Source: Escherichia coli
GTDB taxonomy: Bacteria > Pseudomonadota > Gammaproteobacteria > Enterobacterales > Enterobacteriaceae
Length of the DNA: 64,000 nt
Assembly (NCBI RefSeq): GCF_024502345.1
Contig: NZ_JALDNN010000001.1
Strand: one strand, 5' to 3'
Shown here: in pieces, positions 33,504 to 46,094 of the stretch
Layout of the letters: the number at the start of each line of letters is the position of its first letter
How positions within the stretch are numbered: the stretch's first letter is position 1
Program-made: the position numbers and the translations under genes
Notes under the pieces: model-generated
Database searches by the model: none
What the model was told of the DNA's origin: nothing
Seen by the model: the letters and a program-made list of their open reading frames with translations, nothing else

Positions 33504-34886
33504 TTATAAGTCGTCGAACACGCTAAGCGCGTCGGAGAGTTTTTTAACGCCAAAAATCTGCATCCCTTCCGGCGCTTTTTTCGGTACGTTAGCCGCCGGA
33601 ACAATCGCCCGGCGAAAACCGTGTTTCGCCGCTTCAGAGATTCGTTCCTGACCGCTGGGCACCGGGCGGATCTCCCCTGCCAGCCCGACTTCACCAAACA
33701 CCACCAGATCCTGCGGCAGCGGTCTGTCACGCAGGCTGGAAACCATCGCCAGCAGTAACGCTAAATCAGCGCTGGTTTCGGTCACCTTAACGCCGCCGAC
33801 CACGTTCACAAACACATCCTGATCGGCCATTTGCAGACCACCGTGACGGTGCAACACAGCCAGCAGGATTGCCAGACGGTTTTGTTCCAGCCCCACTGCC
33901 ACGCGGCGTGGGTTCGCCATCATCGAGTGATCGACCAGCGCCTGAATCTCCACCAGCAGTGGACGCGTTCCTTCCCATACCACCATCACTGAGCTACCGG
34001 AGGTCACTTCATCGCCGCGGCTTAAGAAAATTGCCGAAGGGTTGCTGACTTCACGCAGCCCCTGTTCGGTCATCGCGAAGACGCCCAGCTCATTCACCGC
34101 GCCGAAGCGGTTTTTATGGCTGCGCAAGGTGCGAAAACGGGAGTCGGCATCGCCATCCAAAAGCACCGAACAGTCGATACAGTGTTCCAGCACTTTCGGG
34201 CCAGCCAGCGAACCATCTTTGGTTACGTGCCCCACCATGACAATCGCCACACCGCGCGTTTTGGCGAAGCGTGTCAAATAAGCCGCTGTTTCACGCACCT
34301 GCGCCACGCTACCAGGCGATGACTGTACATCCGCCATATGCATCACCTGGATCGAGTCAATTACCATCAGCTTCGGTTGCTCTTCTTCGGCAATCAGGCA
34401 GATCTGTTCGATGCTGGTTTCCGACAACATATTGAGATTGTCAGTCGGCAGGCCAAGGCGATGAGCGCGCATTGCCACCTGTTGCAGCGACTCTTCGCCG
34501 GTGACATACAGCGTTTTCATCTGCTGGGCCAGTTTGCACAGCGTTTGCAGTAGCAGCGTGGATTTCCCCGCACCAGGGTTACCGCCAATCAGAATGGCAC
34601 TTCCTGGCACCACGCCGCCGCCTAGTACGCGGTCGAACTCTTTAAATCCGGTGGAAAAACGCGGCAGCTCTTCAAGGCTGATATCGGAGAGTTTCTGGAC
34701 TTTTGCCACCCCGGCGCTACCGGCATAGCCGCTGAGACGCTCGTTACGCGCCACCGTTGGCGACGCAGCAAGACGCACCTCGGTGATGGTGTTCCAGGCA
34801 TGACAGGCACTGCACTGCCCCTGCCAGCGCGGATAATCGGCCCCGCATTCATTACAAACAAAGGCGCGTTTTGGAGCTTTTGCCAC
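33504..34886 (-). CDS. radA: DNA repair protein RadA (Sms)
   Basis: 460-aa from GTG start (M)AKAPKRAFVCNECGADYPRWQGQCSAC...; Walker A GNPGAGKST. Confidence 0.95.
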   Translation of the reverse strand: MAKAPKRAFVCNECGADYPRWQGQCSACHAWNTITEVRLAASPTVARNERLSGYAGSAGVAKVQKLSDISLEELPRFSTGFKEFDRVLGGGVVPGSAILIGGNPGAGKSTLLLQTLCKLAQQMKTLYVTGEESLQQVAMRAHRLGLPTDNLNMLSETSIEQICLIAEEEQPKLMVIDSIQVMHMADVQSSPGSVAQVRETAAYLTRFAKTRGVAIVMVGHVTKDGSLAGPKVLEHCIDCSVLLDGDADSRFRTLRSHKNRFGAVNELGVFAMTEQGLREVSNPSAIFLSRGDEVTSGSSVMVVWEGTRPLLVEIQALVDHSMMANPRRVAVGLEQNRLAILLAVLHRHGGLQMADQDVFVNVVGGVKVTETSADLALLLAMVSSLRDRPLPQDLVVFGEVGLAGEIRPVPSGQERISEAAKHGFRRAIVPAANVPKKAPEGMQIFGVKKLSDALSVFDDL

Positions 34887-34934
34887 GGTGTACCTCGTTA
34901 ATGCTGTGCCGCCCGCAGGATGGCGGGCGAGCAA

Positions 34935-35903
34935 TTACTTCTGATTCAGGCTGCCTGAGAGGATGCAGAATACCCCCATCAGGTCAGCGTGACGGATGGT
35001 GACTTCCGCCTTTTCATTCACTTTTGGCTTGGCATGGTAGGCAATCCCCAGCCCTGCCGCTTTGATCATCGGCAGGTCATTGGCTCCATCGCCAATCGCC
35101 ACGGTCTGCGCCAGCGGGATTTCATACTCCTGCGCGAGGCGAGTCAGAGTTTTCGCTTTGTACTGCGCGTCTACGATGTCGCCGATCACATTGCCGGTAA
35201 ATTTACCGTCCATGATCTCCAGTTCATTGGCTACCACGGCTGTCAGGCGCAGCTTGTCGCGCAGGTATTCAGCAAAGAAAGTAAAGCCGCCGGAGGCAAT
35301 CGCCACTTTCCAGCCCAGCGTTTCCAGCTTGAGCACCAGTTGCGTTAAGCCTGGCATCAGCGGCAGATTTTCACGCACCTGTTGCAGAATATTGGCGTCA
35401 GCGCCTTTCAGCGCCGCCACACGGCTGCGCAGGCTGGCGGTAAAATCGAGTTCGCCGCGCATCGCCCGTTCGGTTACTTCCGCCACCATCTCGCCCGTTC
35501 CGGCCAGTTTGGCAATTTCATCAATACATTCAATCTGGATGGCGGTGGAATCCATGTCCATCACCAGCAAACCCGGCGTGCGCAGGTGCGGGATTTTCCC
35601 CAGCGGGGCGACATCCAGTTGCGCTTCATGGGCCAGGCGCGTAGCCCGTGCGGTGAGTGAACCTGCCAGACGAATCACCTGATAATCTTCCACGCACCAG
35701 GCGGCAACAATCACCATCGCCGCACCCAGTTTGCTCTGGTATTGGGTCAGACGCTGTTTATCCAGCCCACGACCATACAGCAGCCAGCCGCTACGACCTG
35801 CGTGGTAATCCAGTGGCATCACTTCATCACCACTTAATGAAAGAGGCAGACCCGGCCATAAAGAGACATCTTCAGGCAGGTCGCACCAGGTAATGTTAGG
35901 CAT
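34935..35903 (-). CDS. serB: Phosphoserine phosphatase
   Basis: 322-aa from MPNITWCDLPEDVSLWPGLPLSLSGDEVMPLDY... Confidence 0.95.
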   Translation of the reverse strand: MPNITWCDLPEDVSLWPGLPLSLSGDEVMPLDYHAGRSGWLLYGRGLDKQRLTQYQSKLGAAMVIVAAWCVEDYQVIRLAGSLTARATRLAHEAQLDVAPLGKIPHLRTPGLLVMDMDSTAIQIECIDEIAKLAGTGEMVAEVTERAMRGELDFTASLRSRVAALKGADANILQQVRENLPLMPGLTQLVLKLETLGWKVAIASGGFTFFAEYLRDKLRLTAVVANELEIMDGKFTGNVIGDIVDAQYKAKTLTRLAQEYEIPLAQTVAIGDGANDLPMIKAAGLGIAYHAKPKVNEKAEVTIRHADLMGVFCILSGSLNQK

Positions 35904-36008
35904 TAAGGCTCCTGTAAAATCGTTCGAAGCAGGGAAAATAACGCATGAGGCTACCTTGTATCCATTGCTTCTGGCAACATTAAGTCTCAAATTTTCAAAG
36001 GGTGGAAG

Positions 36009-36653
36009 ATGGCTCGCACAAAACTGAAATTCCGGCTGCATCGGGCAGTGATTGTCCTGTTCTGTCTTGCCTTGTTAGTGGCGCTGATGCAGGGGGCGTC
36101 ATGGTTTAGTCAAAACCACCAGCGACAGCGTAATCCACAGCTGGAAGAACTGGCCCGCACCCTGGCGCGTCAGGTGACGCTGAACGTTGCACCGCTGATG
36201 CGTACCGACTCACCGGATGAAAAACGCATTCAGGCGATCCTCGATCAGTTAACGGATGAAAGCCGTATCCTCGACGCGGGTGTGTATGACGAACAAGGCG
36301 ATCTTATCGCACGTTCTGGCGAAAGCGTCGAAGTGCGCGACCGGCTGGCGCTCGACGGTAAAAAAGCGGGCGGTTATTTTAACCAGCAGATTGTCGAACC
36401 AATTGCCGGGAAAAACGGACCGCTCGGTTATCTGCGCCTGACGCTCGACACCCATACGCTCGCCACCGAAGCCCAACAGGTGGATAACACCACTAACATT
36501 TTACGCCTGATGTTGCTGCTCTCACTGGCAATCGGCGTAGTGCTGACCCGCACGCTGCTACAGGGTAAACGTACCCGCTGGCAGCAATCGCCCTTCCTGT
36601 TAACCGCCAGCAAACCGGTGCCGGAAGAGGAAGAAAGCGAGAAAAAAGAGTGA
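36009..36653 (+). CDS. ytjB: Membrane protein YtjB (Smp)
   Basis: 214-aa MARTKLKFRLHRAVIVLFCLALLVALMQG... Confidence 0.9.
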   Translation: MARTKLKFRLHRAVIVLFCLALLVALMQGASWFSQNHQRQRNPQLEELARTLARQVTLNVAPLMRTDSPDEKRIQAILDQLTDESRILDAGVYDEQGDLIARSGESVEVRDRLALDGKKAGGYFNQQIVEPIAGKNGPLGYLRLTLDTHTLATEAQQVDNTTNILRLMLLLSLAIGVVLTRTLLQGKRTRWQQSPFLLTASKPVPEEEESEKKE

Positions 36654-36680
36654 CCCATTACTACAAGAAAGGAAATCGTT

Positions 36681-37697
36681 ATGTCCACATTACGCCTGCT
36701 CATCTCTGACTCTTACGACCCGTGGTTTAACCTGGCGGTGGAAGAGTGTATTTTTCGCCAAATGCCCGCCACGCAGCGCGTTCTGTTTCTCTGGCGCAAT
36801 GCCGACACGGTAGTAATTGGTCGCGCGCAGAACCCGTGGAAAGAGTGTAATACCCGGCGGATGGAAGAAGATAACGTCCGCCTGGCGCGGCGCAGTAGCG
36901 GTGGCGGCGCGGTGTTCCACGATCTCGGCAATACCTGCTTTACCTTTATGGCTGGCAAGCCGGAGTACGATAAAACCATCTCCACGTCGATTGTGCTCAA
37001 TGCGCTGAACGCGCTCGGCGTCAGCGCCGAAGCGTCCGGACGTAACGATCTGGTGGTGAAAACCGCCGAAGGCGACCGCAAAGTCTCAGGATCGGCCTAT
37101 CGCGAAACCAAAGATCGTGGCTTCCACCACGGCACCTTGCTGCTCAATGCCGACCTTAGCCGCCTGGCAAACTATCTCAACCCAGATAAAAAGAAACTGG
37201 CGGCGAAAGGCATTACCTCAGTGCATTCCCGCGTGACCAACCTCACCGAGCTGCTGCCGGGGATCACCCATGAGCAGGTTTGCGAGGCCATAACCGAGGC
37301 CTTTTTCGCCCATTATGGCGAGCGCGTGGAAGCGGAAATCATCTCCCCGGACAAAACGCCAGACTTGCCAAACTTCGCCGAAACCTTTGCCCGCCAGAGT
37401 AGCTGGGAGTGGAACTTCGGTCAGGCTCCGGCATTCTCGCATCTGCTGGATGAACGCTTTAGCTGGGGCGGCGTGGAACTGCATTTCGACGTTGAAAAAG
37501 GCCATATCACCCGCGCCCAGGTGTTTACCGACAGCCTCAACCCCGCGCCGCTGGAAGGCCTCGCCGGGCGACTGCAAGGCTGCCTGTACCGCGCGGATAT
37601 GCTGCAACAAGAGTGCGAAGCGCTGTTGGTTGACTTCCCGGACCAGGAAAAAGAGCTACGGGAGTTGTCGACGTGGATAGCGGGGGCGGTAAGGTAA
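36681..37697 (+). CDS. lplA: Lipoate-protein ligase A
   Basis: 338-aa [55 protein letters not shown]... Confidence 0.96.
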   Translation: MSTLRLLISDSYDPWFNLAVEECIFRQMPATQRVLFLWRNADTVVIGRAQNPWKECNTRRMEEDNVRLARRSSGGGAVFHDLGNTCFTFMAGKPEYDKTISTSIVLNALNALGVSAEASGRNDLVVKTAEGDRKVSGSAYRETKDRGFHHGTLLLNADLSRLANYLNPDKKKLAAKGITSVHSRVTNLTELLPGITHEQVCEAITEAFFAHYGERVEAEIISPDKTPDLPNFAETFARQSSWEWNFGQAPAFSHLLDERFSWGGVELHFDVEKGHITRAQVFTDSLNPAPLEGLAGRLQGCLYRADMLQQECEALLVDFPDQEKELRELSTWIAGAVR

Positions 37698-37728
37698 CTC
37701 GCTGATTAAAATACCAAAGGAAGGGAAT

Positions 37729-37992
37729 ATGATCGATCTGGAAAACCAAGAGCGGGAGATTATCAATTTAATGTTAAGCCAGCGTATTTCCTGGCTAGCC
37801 GCCGTGCGTATCAGGCATAAATTATCGCTTGCTGAAGTAAGTAAAATGTTAGGTATCTCGATTAATTCTCTAAAATAGATCGAAAAGACGGAACGGTTTA
37901 GCTCAAACATCAAAAGCAAAATGGCAGAAATTTATGGTTGTCCACCAGAGTTGCTGATATGCCCTTCCTGGATGACGGCTGAACATAAATGA
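37729..37992 (+). pseudogene. Small XRE-type HTH gene interrupted by an in-frame TAG codon (37876-37878)
   Basis: Strong RBS aaaggaagggaatATG; MIDLENQEREIINLMLSQRISWLAAVRIRHKLSLAEVSKMLGISINSLK*IEKTERFSSNIKSKMAEIYGCPPELL...; occupies the slot where K-12 has yjjJ/hipH. Confidence 0.5.
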
Positions 37993-38090
37993 ATAGATTC
38001 GTGAATAGATACTTGAATGTATTTTATTTTCTATCCATATGAAAAATAATAGTAAATCTATAAATCAGTTGCTATTGATGAATAGATACT
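37988..38090. repeat. Three copies of the motif TGAATAGATAC
   Basis: atgaatagatt, gtgaatagatac and gatgaatagatac within about 100 bp. Confidence 0.6.
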
Positions 38091-38120
38091 AAAAAGCCGG
38101 AGCAGTCTCCCGCTCCGGCT
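38091..38120 (-). terminator. Rho-independent terminator downstream of deoD
   Basis: gccggagcagtctcccgctccggc hairpin with a T run on the minus strand. Confidence 0.75.
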
Positions 38121-38152
38121 TAACACAACAATCGTCTTTCAGCGAAACACAA

Positions 38153-38872
38153 TTACTCTTTATCGCCCAGCAGAACGGATTCCAGTGCGATTTTGATCAT
38201 GTCGTTGAAGGTGGTCTGACGCTCAGCGGCAGTGGTTTGCTCGTGAGTGCGGATGTGGTCAGACACGGTGCAGATGGTCAGGGCTTTCGCGCCAAACTCT
38301 GCAGCCACGCCGTAGATACCAGCCGCTTCCATTTCCACGCCGAGAATGCCGTATTTTTCCATCACGTCGAACATTTCGCCGTCCGGAGAGTAGAACAGGT
38401 CAGCGGAGAACAGGTTACCCACGCGAGCATCAACGCCCAGTGCTTTAGCCGCGTCTACCGCGTTACGCACCATGTCAAAGTCAGCGATAGCGGCAAAGTC
38501 ATGATCTTTAAAACGGATGCGGTTAACTTTGGAATCGGTGCAGGCACCCATACCGATAACGACGTCGCGCAGTTTTACGTGCGGCAGAACTGCGCCACAG
38601 GAACCCACGCGGATAATTTTCTTCACGCCGAAATCGGTGATCAGTTCTTTGGTGTAGATGGAGCAGGACGGGATACCCATACCGTGACCCATTACGGAAA
38701 TTTTGCGGCCTTTGTAAGTACCGGTGAAGCCCAGCATACCGCGAACGTTGTTCACTTCACGGGCATCTTCAAGGAAAGTTTCAGCAATATACTTCGCACG
38801 CAGCGGGTCGCCTGGCATCAAAACTACGTCAGCGAAATCGCCCATTTCTGCATTAATGTGTGGGGTAGCCAT
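38153..38872 (-). CDS. deoD: Purine nucleoside phosphorylase DeoD
   Basis: 239-aa [51 protein letters not shown]... Confidence 0.97.
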   Translation of the reverse strand: MATPHINAEMGDFADVVLMPGDPLRAKYIAETFLEDAREVNNVRGMLGFTGTYKGRKISVMGHGMGIPSCSIYTKELITDFGVKKIIRVGSCGAVLPHVKLRDVVIGMGACTDSKVNRIRFKDHDFAAIADFDMVRNAVDAAKALGVDARVGNLFSADLFYSPDGEMFDVMEKYGILGVEMEAAGIYGVAAEFGAKALTICTVSDHIRTHEQTTAAERQTTFNDMIKIALESVLLGDKE

Positions 38873-38951
38873 TGTTTTATCCTTATCAACATGTTTTCAC
38901 CCTCTCCCTGTGGGAGAGGGCCGGGGTGAGGGCATCAAGCCGCACCCATTA

Positions 38952-40196
<1,245 letters not shown>

Positions 40197-40226
40197 TCAA
40201 ATTTAAATGATCAGATCAGTATACCG

Positions 40227-41549
40227 TTATTCGCTGATACGGCGATAGACAGTTGGTGTGCTTTCCGGTGCTTTATCGGCAAGTTTAATTGCCGCTTTCA
40301 CCGCTTTCGCCGCTTCCTGCCAGCTGTTTTCGTCTTTCGCGTGGATAACCGCCAGCGGACGCTGACCGTCTACCTGGTCGCCCAGACGCGCCATATCAGT
40401 AAAGCCGACGCTGTAATCGATGGTGTCAGATGCCTGACGGCGTCCACCGCCCATTGCAACCACTGCCATCCCCAGCGCGCGGGTATCCATTTCACTGACA
40501 AAACCTTCGGTATCAGCATAGACTGCTTTCGTCAGCATCGCTGTCGGCAGATACTTCGCGTAGTTCTCAACGAAGTCGGTCGGGCCTTTTTGTGCCGCTA
40601 CCATACGACCAAAGACTTCTGCCGCTTTACCGTTGTCCAGCACCGCCTGCAATTTCGCGCGCGCTTCGGCGTCATCTTTCGCCAGTTTGCCGGAGATCAG
40701 CATCTCCACGCACAGCGCCATCGTGACATCAAACAGACGCGGGTTACGATATTCACCCGTCAGGAACTGCACCGCTTCACGAACTTCAACCGCGTTACCT
40801 GCACTGGAGGCCAGCACCTGATTCATATCGGTGAGCAGCGCGGTGGTGCGCACGCCAGCGCCGTTAGCCACGCCAACAATCGCTTCGGCAAGGGCTTCAG
40901 AGAGTTCGTAGGTCGGCATAAACGCGCCGCTACCCACTTTCACGTCCATCACCAGCGCATCCAGACCTTCCGCAAGTTTCTTCGCCAGAATAGAGGCGGT
41001 GATCAGCGGGATGGAGTCCACGGTTGCGGTAATATCACGGGTCGCGTAGAAACGTTTATCCGCCGGAGCCAGTGAGCTGGTCTGACCGATAATCGCCACG
41101 CCGACGTCTTTAATAATTTCGCGGAAACGGTTGTCATCCGGGAAAATGTCGAAGCCAGGGATGGATTCCAGTTTGTCTAGCGTACCGCCAGTATGACCGA
41201 GGCCACGACCGGAGATCATCGGAATATAGCCGCCGCAGGCAGCGACCATCGGCCCCAACATCAGCGAAGTGACATCGCCGACGCCACCGGTGGAGTGTTT
41301 ATCAACAATCGGTCCATTCAGATGCAGGCTTTTCCAGTCGAGAACGGTTCCTGAATCTCGCATCGCCATGGTCAGCGAGACACGCTCAGGCATTGTCATA
41401 TCGTGGAAGAAAATGGTCATCGCGAGGGCGGCAATCTGCCCTTCGGAGATAGTGTTGTCGCGAATACCGTTGATAAAGAAACGAATTTCTTCATCGCTCA
41501 GCGCATGACCATCACGTTTTTTACGAATAATTTCTTGTGCGAGAAACAA
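40227..41549 (-). CDS. deoA: Thymidine phosphorylase DeoA
   Basis: 440-aa, TTG start, (M)[40 protein letters not shown]... Confidence 0.96.
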
Positions 41550-41580
41550 GGTAACCTCCCGAGGAAAAGAGTATGAGGCG

Positions 41581-41670
41581 GCTTTTGCCGGATGCGTCTA
41601 CGCCTTATCCGGCCTACGGGTAGATACGTCTCGTAGGCCTGATAAGCGCAGCGCATCAGGCGTAAAGCAT
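41581..41670. repeat. REP palindromic repeat units
   Basis: gccggatgcgtctacgccttatccggcctacg and gtaggcctgataagcgcagcgcatcaggcg. Confidence 0.8.
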
Positions 41671-41675
41671 CTTAC

Positions 41676-42455
41676 TTAGTAGCTGCTGGCGCTCTTACCG
41701 TCGCCGTGGCCCAGCGCTTTCAGCAGGCTTGCCAGCAGGCTGGAAGCGCCAAAGCGGTAGTGACGCGCATCTGCCCAGTCAGCACCGAACAGTTCATCTG
41801 CGATGGCGAGATATTTCTGCGCATCTTCCGCAGTACGCACGCCGCCCGCCGGTTTGAAACCAACGTTTTTTTCTACGCCCATATCACGGATCACTTCCAT
41901 CATGATCCGCGCGCTTTCCGGCGTCGCGTTCACTGCCACTTTACCGGTAGAGGTTTTGATGAAGTCAGCACCCGCTTTGATGGAGATTTCAGACGCTTTG
42001 CGGATCAGCGCTTCGTCTTTCAGTTCGCCGGTTTCGATGATCACTTTCAGCAGTACATTCGCTGCCGCGCAAGCCTCTTTACAGGCTTTCACCAGGTCAA
42101 AACCAACCTGCTCGTTACCCGCCATCAGCGCGCGGTACGGGAACACAACGTCAACTTCATCAGCACCGTAGGCGATTGCCGCACGGGTTTCTGCCAGCGC
42201 GATTTCGATGTCGTCGTTACCGTGTGGGAAGTTGGTTACCGTAGCAATACGGATTTCCGGGGTGCCCTGCTCTTTCAGTGTCTTGCGAGCAATCGGGATA
42301 AAGCGAGGATAGATACAGATAGCGGCGGTATTGCCGACCGGCGTTTTGGCCTGATGACACAGGGCGATCACTTTCTCGTCGGTGTCGTCGTCATTCAGGG
42401 TGGTCAGGTCCATCAATTTCAGTGCACGCAGGCTGCTTGCTTTCAGATCAGTCAT
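41676..42455 (-). CDS. deoC: Deoxyribose-phosphate aldolase DeoC
   Basis: 259-aa from [39 protein letters not shown]... Confidence 0.96.
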   Translation of the reverse strand: MTDLKASSLRALKLMDLTTLNDDDTDEKVIALCHQAKTPVGNTAAICIYPRFIPIARKTLKEQGTPEIRIATVTNFPHGNDDIEIALAETRAAIAYGADEVDVVFPYRALMAGNEQVGFDLVKACKEACAAANVLLKVIIETGELKDEALIRKASEISIKAGADFIKTSTGKVAVNATPESARIMMEVIRDMGVEKNVGFKPAGGVRTAEDAQKYLAIADELFGADWADARHYRFGASSLLASLLKALGHGDGKSASSY

Positions 42456-42712
42456 TTCATTCTCCTGGCTTGTCGCCAATAAAATTCACCTTGCGAGTTT
42501 GTTAGTATTCTAACATCTACTCCGCAACACACTTCGATACACATCACAATTAAGGAAATCTACTTACAAGTTTGCATCACTGTAATGCGATCTGGTTCAA
42601 ATAATTCACTTTCAAATGAATGCGTCAGTGGTGGCAAACGCATCAGGATCAAAGTGAACATCACGAAACTTCTTACAATGGCGCATCACCTTCGGCATAA
42701 AAGGAAAAGAAG

Positions 42713-44263
42713 ATGCCCACTTCTCATGAAAATGCACTGCAACAACGTTGCCAGCAAATTGTCACCAGCCCAGTGCTTAGCCCGGAGCAGAAGCGCCATT
42801 TTCTGGCACTGGAAGCAGAAAACAATCTGCCTTACCCACAGCTTCCTGCCGAAGCCCGCCGCGCGCTGGATGAAGGTGTAATCTGCGATATGTTTGAAGG
42901 TCATGCGCCGTACAAACCGCGCTATGTCTTACCCGATTACGCCCGTTTTCTGGCGAACGGTTCCGAATGGCTGGAGCTGGAAGGCGCGAAAGATCTTGAT
43001 GACGCACTCTCTCTGCTGACCATTCTTTACCACCACGTACCGTCGGTCACATCGATGCCGGTCTACCTGGGGCAACTGGATGCGTTGTTGCAACCGTATG
43101 TTAGAATTCTAACACAAGACGAGATCGATCTTCGAATAAAACGTTTCTGGCGTTACCTCGACAGAACCCTGCCAGACGCCTTTATGCACGCCAATATCGG
43201 CCCGTCTGATTCGCCTATTACCCGCGCGATCTTACGTGCAGACGCAGAGTTGAAGCAGGTTTCACCGAACCTGACCTTTATCTACGATCCTGAAATCACC
43301 CCTGATGACCTGCTGCTGGAAGTGGCGAAGAACATCTGTGAATGTAGCAAACCGCACATCGCCAACGGTCCGGTGCATGATAAAATTTTCACAAAAGGGG
43401 GCTACGGGATTGTGAGCTGTTACAACTCACTGCCGCTGGCTGGTGGTGGCAGCACGCTGGTACGCCTTAACCTGAAAGCCATTGCCGAGCGCAGCGAATC
43501 GCTGGATGACTTCTTTACGCGCACTCTACCGCACTACTGCCAGCAGCAGATCGCCATCATCGATGCGCGGTGTGAATTCCTCTATCAACAATCACACTTC
43601 TTTGAGAATAGCTTCCTGGTGAAAGAAGGGCTGATTAACCCTGAACGTTTTGTGCCAATGTTTGGCATGTATGGGCTGGCGGAAGCGGTTAACTTGCTGT
43701 GTGAGAAAGAAGGGATTGCCGCGCGCTACGGTAAAGAAGCCGCCGCAAATGAAGTGGGTTATCGCATCAGCGCGCAACTGGCGGAGTTTGTCGCCAATAC
43801 CCCCGTGAAATATGGCTGGCAAAAACGCGCCATGTTACACGCACAGTCGGGGATCAGTTCCGATATCGGCACCACGCCGGGCGCGCGTTTGCCGTATGGC
43901 GATGAGCCAGATCCGATCACCCATCTGCAAACTGTCGCCCCGCATCATGCTTATTATTATTCCGGCATCAGCGACATTCTGACGCTCGACGAAACCATCA
44001 AACGTAACCCGCAGGCACTGGTACAGCTTTGCCTCGGTGCCTTTAAAGCCGGAATGCGTGAATTTACTGCCAATGTCAGCGGTAACGATCTGGTTCGCGT
44101 TACCGGTTATATGGTGCGTTTGTCGGATTTAGAAAAATATCGCGCCGAAGGTTCACGCACCAACACCACCTGGCTGGGCGAAGAAGCCGCACGCAACACT
44201 CGTATTCTGGAACGCCAGCCGCGCGTGATAAGCCATGAACAGCAGATGCGCTTTAGTCAGTAA
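42713..44263 (+). CDS. yjjI: YjjI, glycine-radical-enzyme-like protein (DUF3029)
   Basis: 516-aa ORF; position and length match K-12 yjjI. Confidence 0.88.
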   Translation: MPTSHENALQQRCQQIVTSPVLSPEQKRHFLALEAENNLPYPQLPAEARRALDEGVICDMFEGHAPYKPRYVLPDYARFLANGSEWLELEGAKDLDDALSLLTILYHHVPSVTSMPVYLGQLDALLQPYVRILTQDEIDLRIKRFWRYLDRTLPDAFMHANIGPSDSPITRAILRADAELKQVSPNLTFIYDPEITPDDLLLEVAKNICECSKPHIANGPVHDKIFTKGGYGIVSCYNSLPLAGGGSTLVRLNLKAIAERSESLDDFFTRTLPHYCQQQIAIIDARCEFLYQQSHFFENSFLVKEGLINPERFVPMFGMYGLAEAVNLLCEKEGIAARYGKEAAANEVGYRISAQLAEFVANTPVKYGWQKRAMLHAQSGISSDIGTTPGARLPYGDEPDPITHLQTVAPHHAYYYSGISDILTLDETIKRNPQALVQLCLGAFKAGMREFTANVSGNDLVRVTGYMVRLSDLEKYRAEGSRTNTTWLGEEAARNTRILERQPRVISHEQQMRFSQ

Positions 44264-45098
44264 GATTATCCCCTTCTCCTGCGTTGACGGGCCAGGCAGT
44301 CGTCTGGCTCTGTTTTTGCAGGGCTGCAATCTGCGCTGCAAAAACTGTCACAATCCGTGGACGATGGGACGCTGCAATGATTGCGGAGAGTGCGTGCCAC
44401 AGTGTCCGCATCAGGCGTTGCAGATTGTTGACGGCAAAGTGCTGTGGAACGCTGTGGTCTGCGAGCAATGTGATACCTGCCTGAAGAGGTGTCCGCAACA
44501 TGCCACGCCAATGGCGCAATCCATGAGCGTGGATGAGGTGCTTAGCCATATCCGCAAAGCGGTGCTGTTTATTGAAGGGATAACGGTAAGCGGCGGCGAA
44601 GCCACGACCCAACTGTCGTTTGTAGTGGCGCTATTTACAGCCATCAAAAACGATCCGCAACTGCGCCACCTCACCTGCCTCGTGGACAGTAACGGTATGT
44701 TGAGCGAAACCGGCTGGGAAAAATTACTCCCGGTGTGCGACGGCGCGATGCTCGATCTCAAAGCGTGGGGGAGCGAATGTCATCAGCAATTAACCGGACG
44801 CGATAATCAGCAGATTAAGCGCAGCATCTGTTTGCTGGCAGAGCGCGGTAAGCTGGCGGAACTGCGTTTGCTGGTAATTCCAGACCAGGTGGATTATTTG
44901 CATCACATCGATGAGCTGGCGACGTTTATCAAGAGACTTGGCGATGTTCCGGTTCGCCTGAATGTGTTTCATGCCCACGGCGTGTATGGCGAGGCGCAAA
45001 GCTGGGCGAGCGCCACGCCGGAAGACGTTGAGCCGTTGGCTGATGCGTTAAAGGTGCGCGGGGTGAGCCGGTTGATATTTCCGGCGCTCTATTTGTGA
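44235..45098 (+). CDS. yjjW: YjjW, radical-SAM glycyl-radical activating enzyme
   Basis: 287-aa; CxxxCxxC cluster (CNLRCKNC) plus additional Cys motifs; overlaps the yjjI end. Confidence 0.88.
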   Translation: MNSRCALVSKIIPFSCVDGPGSRLALFLQGCNLRCKNCHNPWTMGRCNDCGECVPQCPHQALQIVDGKVLWNAVVCEQCDTCLKRCPQHATPMAQSMSVDEVLSHIRKAVLFIEGITVSGGEATTQLSFVVALFTAIKNDPQLRHLTCLVDSNGMLSETGWEKLLPVCDGAMLDLKAWGSECHQQLTGRDNQQIKRSICLLAERGKLAELRLLVIPDQVDYLHHIDELATFIKRLGDVPVRLNVFHAHGVYGEAQSWASATPEDVEPLADALKVRGVSRLIFPALYL

Positions 45099-45100
45099 CA

Positions 45101-45285
45101 TGCCGGATACGGCCTACGGTTCGGCACAAACCTGTAGGCATGATAAGACGCGTCAAGCGTCGCATCAGGCATTGTGCGCCAACTGCCGGATGCGGCGTGA
45201 ACGCCTTATCCGGCCTACGGTTCGGCACAAACCTGTAGGCATGATAAGACGCGACAAGCGTCGCATCAGGCATTATGCGCCGACT
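45101..45285. repeat. Tandem duplication of a REP/BIME unit (period about 101 bp)
   Basis: cctacggttcggcacaaacctgtaggcatgataagacgcg[t/a]caagcgtcgcatcaggcatt[g/a]tgcgcc occurs at about 45113 and 45214. Confidence 0.85.
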
Positions 45286-45311
45286 GCCGGATGCTGCCTA
45301 CGAAGGGCAAA

Positions 45312-46094
45312 CTACCCACGAACGTTAAACACCGCATACGTGTTATTAAGCAACACTTCGGCAATCTCATCCGCCGGTTCCCGGCGCAACTCGCAAAGCA
45401 CGTCAAACACCCGCGCAGCCTGTTCCGGGCGGTTAGGCTGCCCTTGAAAGCCGTTGAGCGGCATATCCGGCGCGTCGGTTTCCAGCAACAACGATGCCAG
45501 CGGTAATTTTGCGATGACATCGCGGGTTTTACTGGCGCGTGGATAGGTGATAGTACCGCCTACGCCGATTTTGTAGCCCAGCTGTACAAACCGCTCGGCC
45601 TGTTGCAGGCTGCCGGAAAAACCGTGAACCACGCCAGTGCGCGATAAATCGTGGCGTTTAAGATGCATCGCCAGTTTGTCGTGTGTGCGCCGTGAATGCA
45701 GGATCACCGGCAGATCGTAGCGTTTCGCCAGTTTCAGTTGTTCGTCGAGTAACCACTGCTGCCTCTCAAATTGCGGATCGTCGCCGAAGAGATCCAGACC
45801 GATCTCCCCCACCGCCACCACCTTCGCCGGACGCCTTTCCAGCGCCTGCTGTAGCTGATCAAGAGACACATCGCTATGTTTTTCCAACATCCCCGGATGC
45901 AACCCCAATGCGGCATACAGCGGTTGATATTTTTCCGCTAACGCCTGCACGCGGGCAAAATTTTCCGCCTCTGTCGCCGGAACAATGATCTTGCCTACAC
46001 CCGCTTGTGCCGCGCGTTGCAGGCTGGCCTCTTCATCGCCACTAAACGGCGGAAAATCAAAATGGCAGTGGGTGTCGATAAAACGGCAAATCAA
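45312..46094 (-). CDS. yjjV: TatD-family metal-dependent hydrolase YjjV
   Basis: 260-aa MICRFIDTHCHFDFPPF... (HxH metal motif). Confidence 0.9.
   Translation of the reverse strand: MICRFIDTHCHFDFPPFSGDEEASLQRAAQAGVGKIIVPATEAENFARVQALAEKYQPLYAALGLHPGMLEKHSDVSLDQLQQALERRPAKVVAVGEIGLDLFGDDPQFERQQWLLDEQLKLAKRYDLPVILHSRRTHDKLAMHLKRHDLSRTGVVHGFSGSLQQAERFVQLGYKIGVGGTITYPRASKTRDVIAKLPLASLLLETDAPDMPLNGFQGQPNRPEQAARVFDVLCELRREPADEIAEVLLNNTYAVFNVRG

Noticed and set aside
45101-45285. Possible CRISPR array
   Set aside because: Only two repeat units of about 100 bp with REP-type palindromes and no spacer structure; no CRISPR-like array anywhere in the window.
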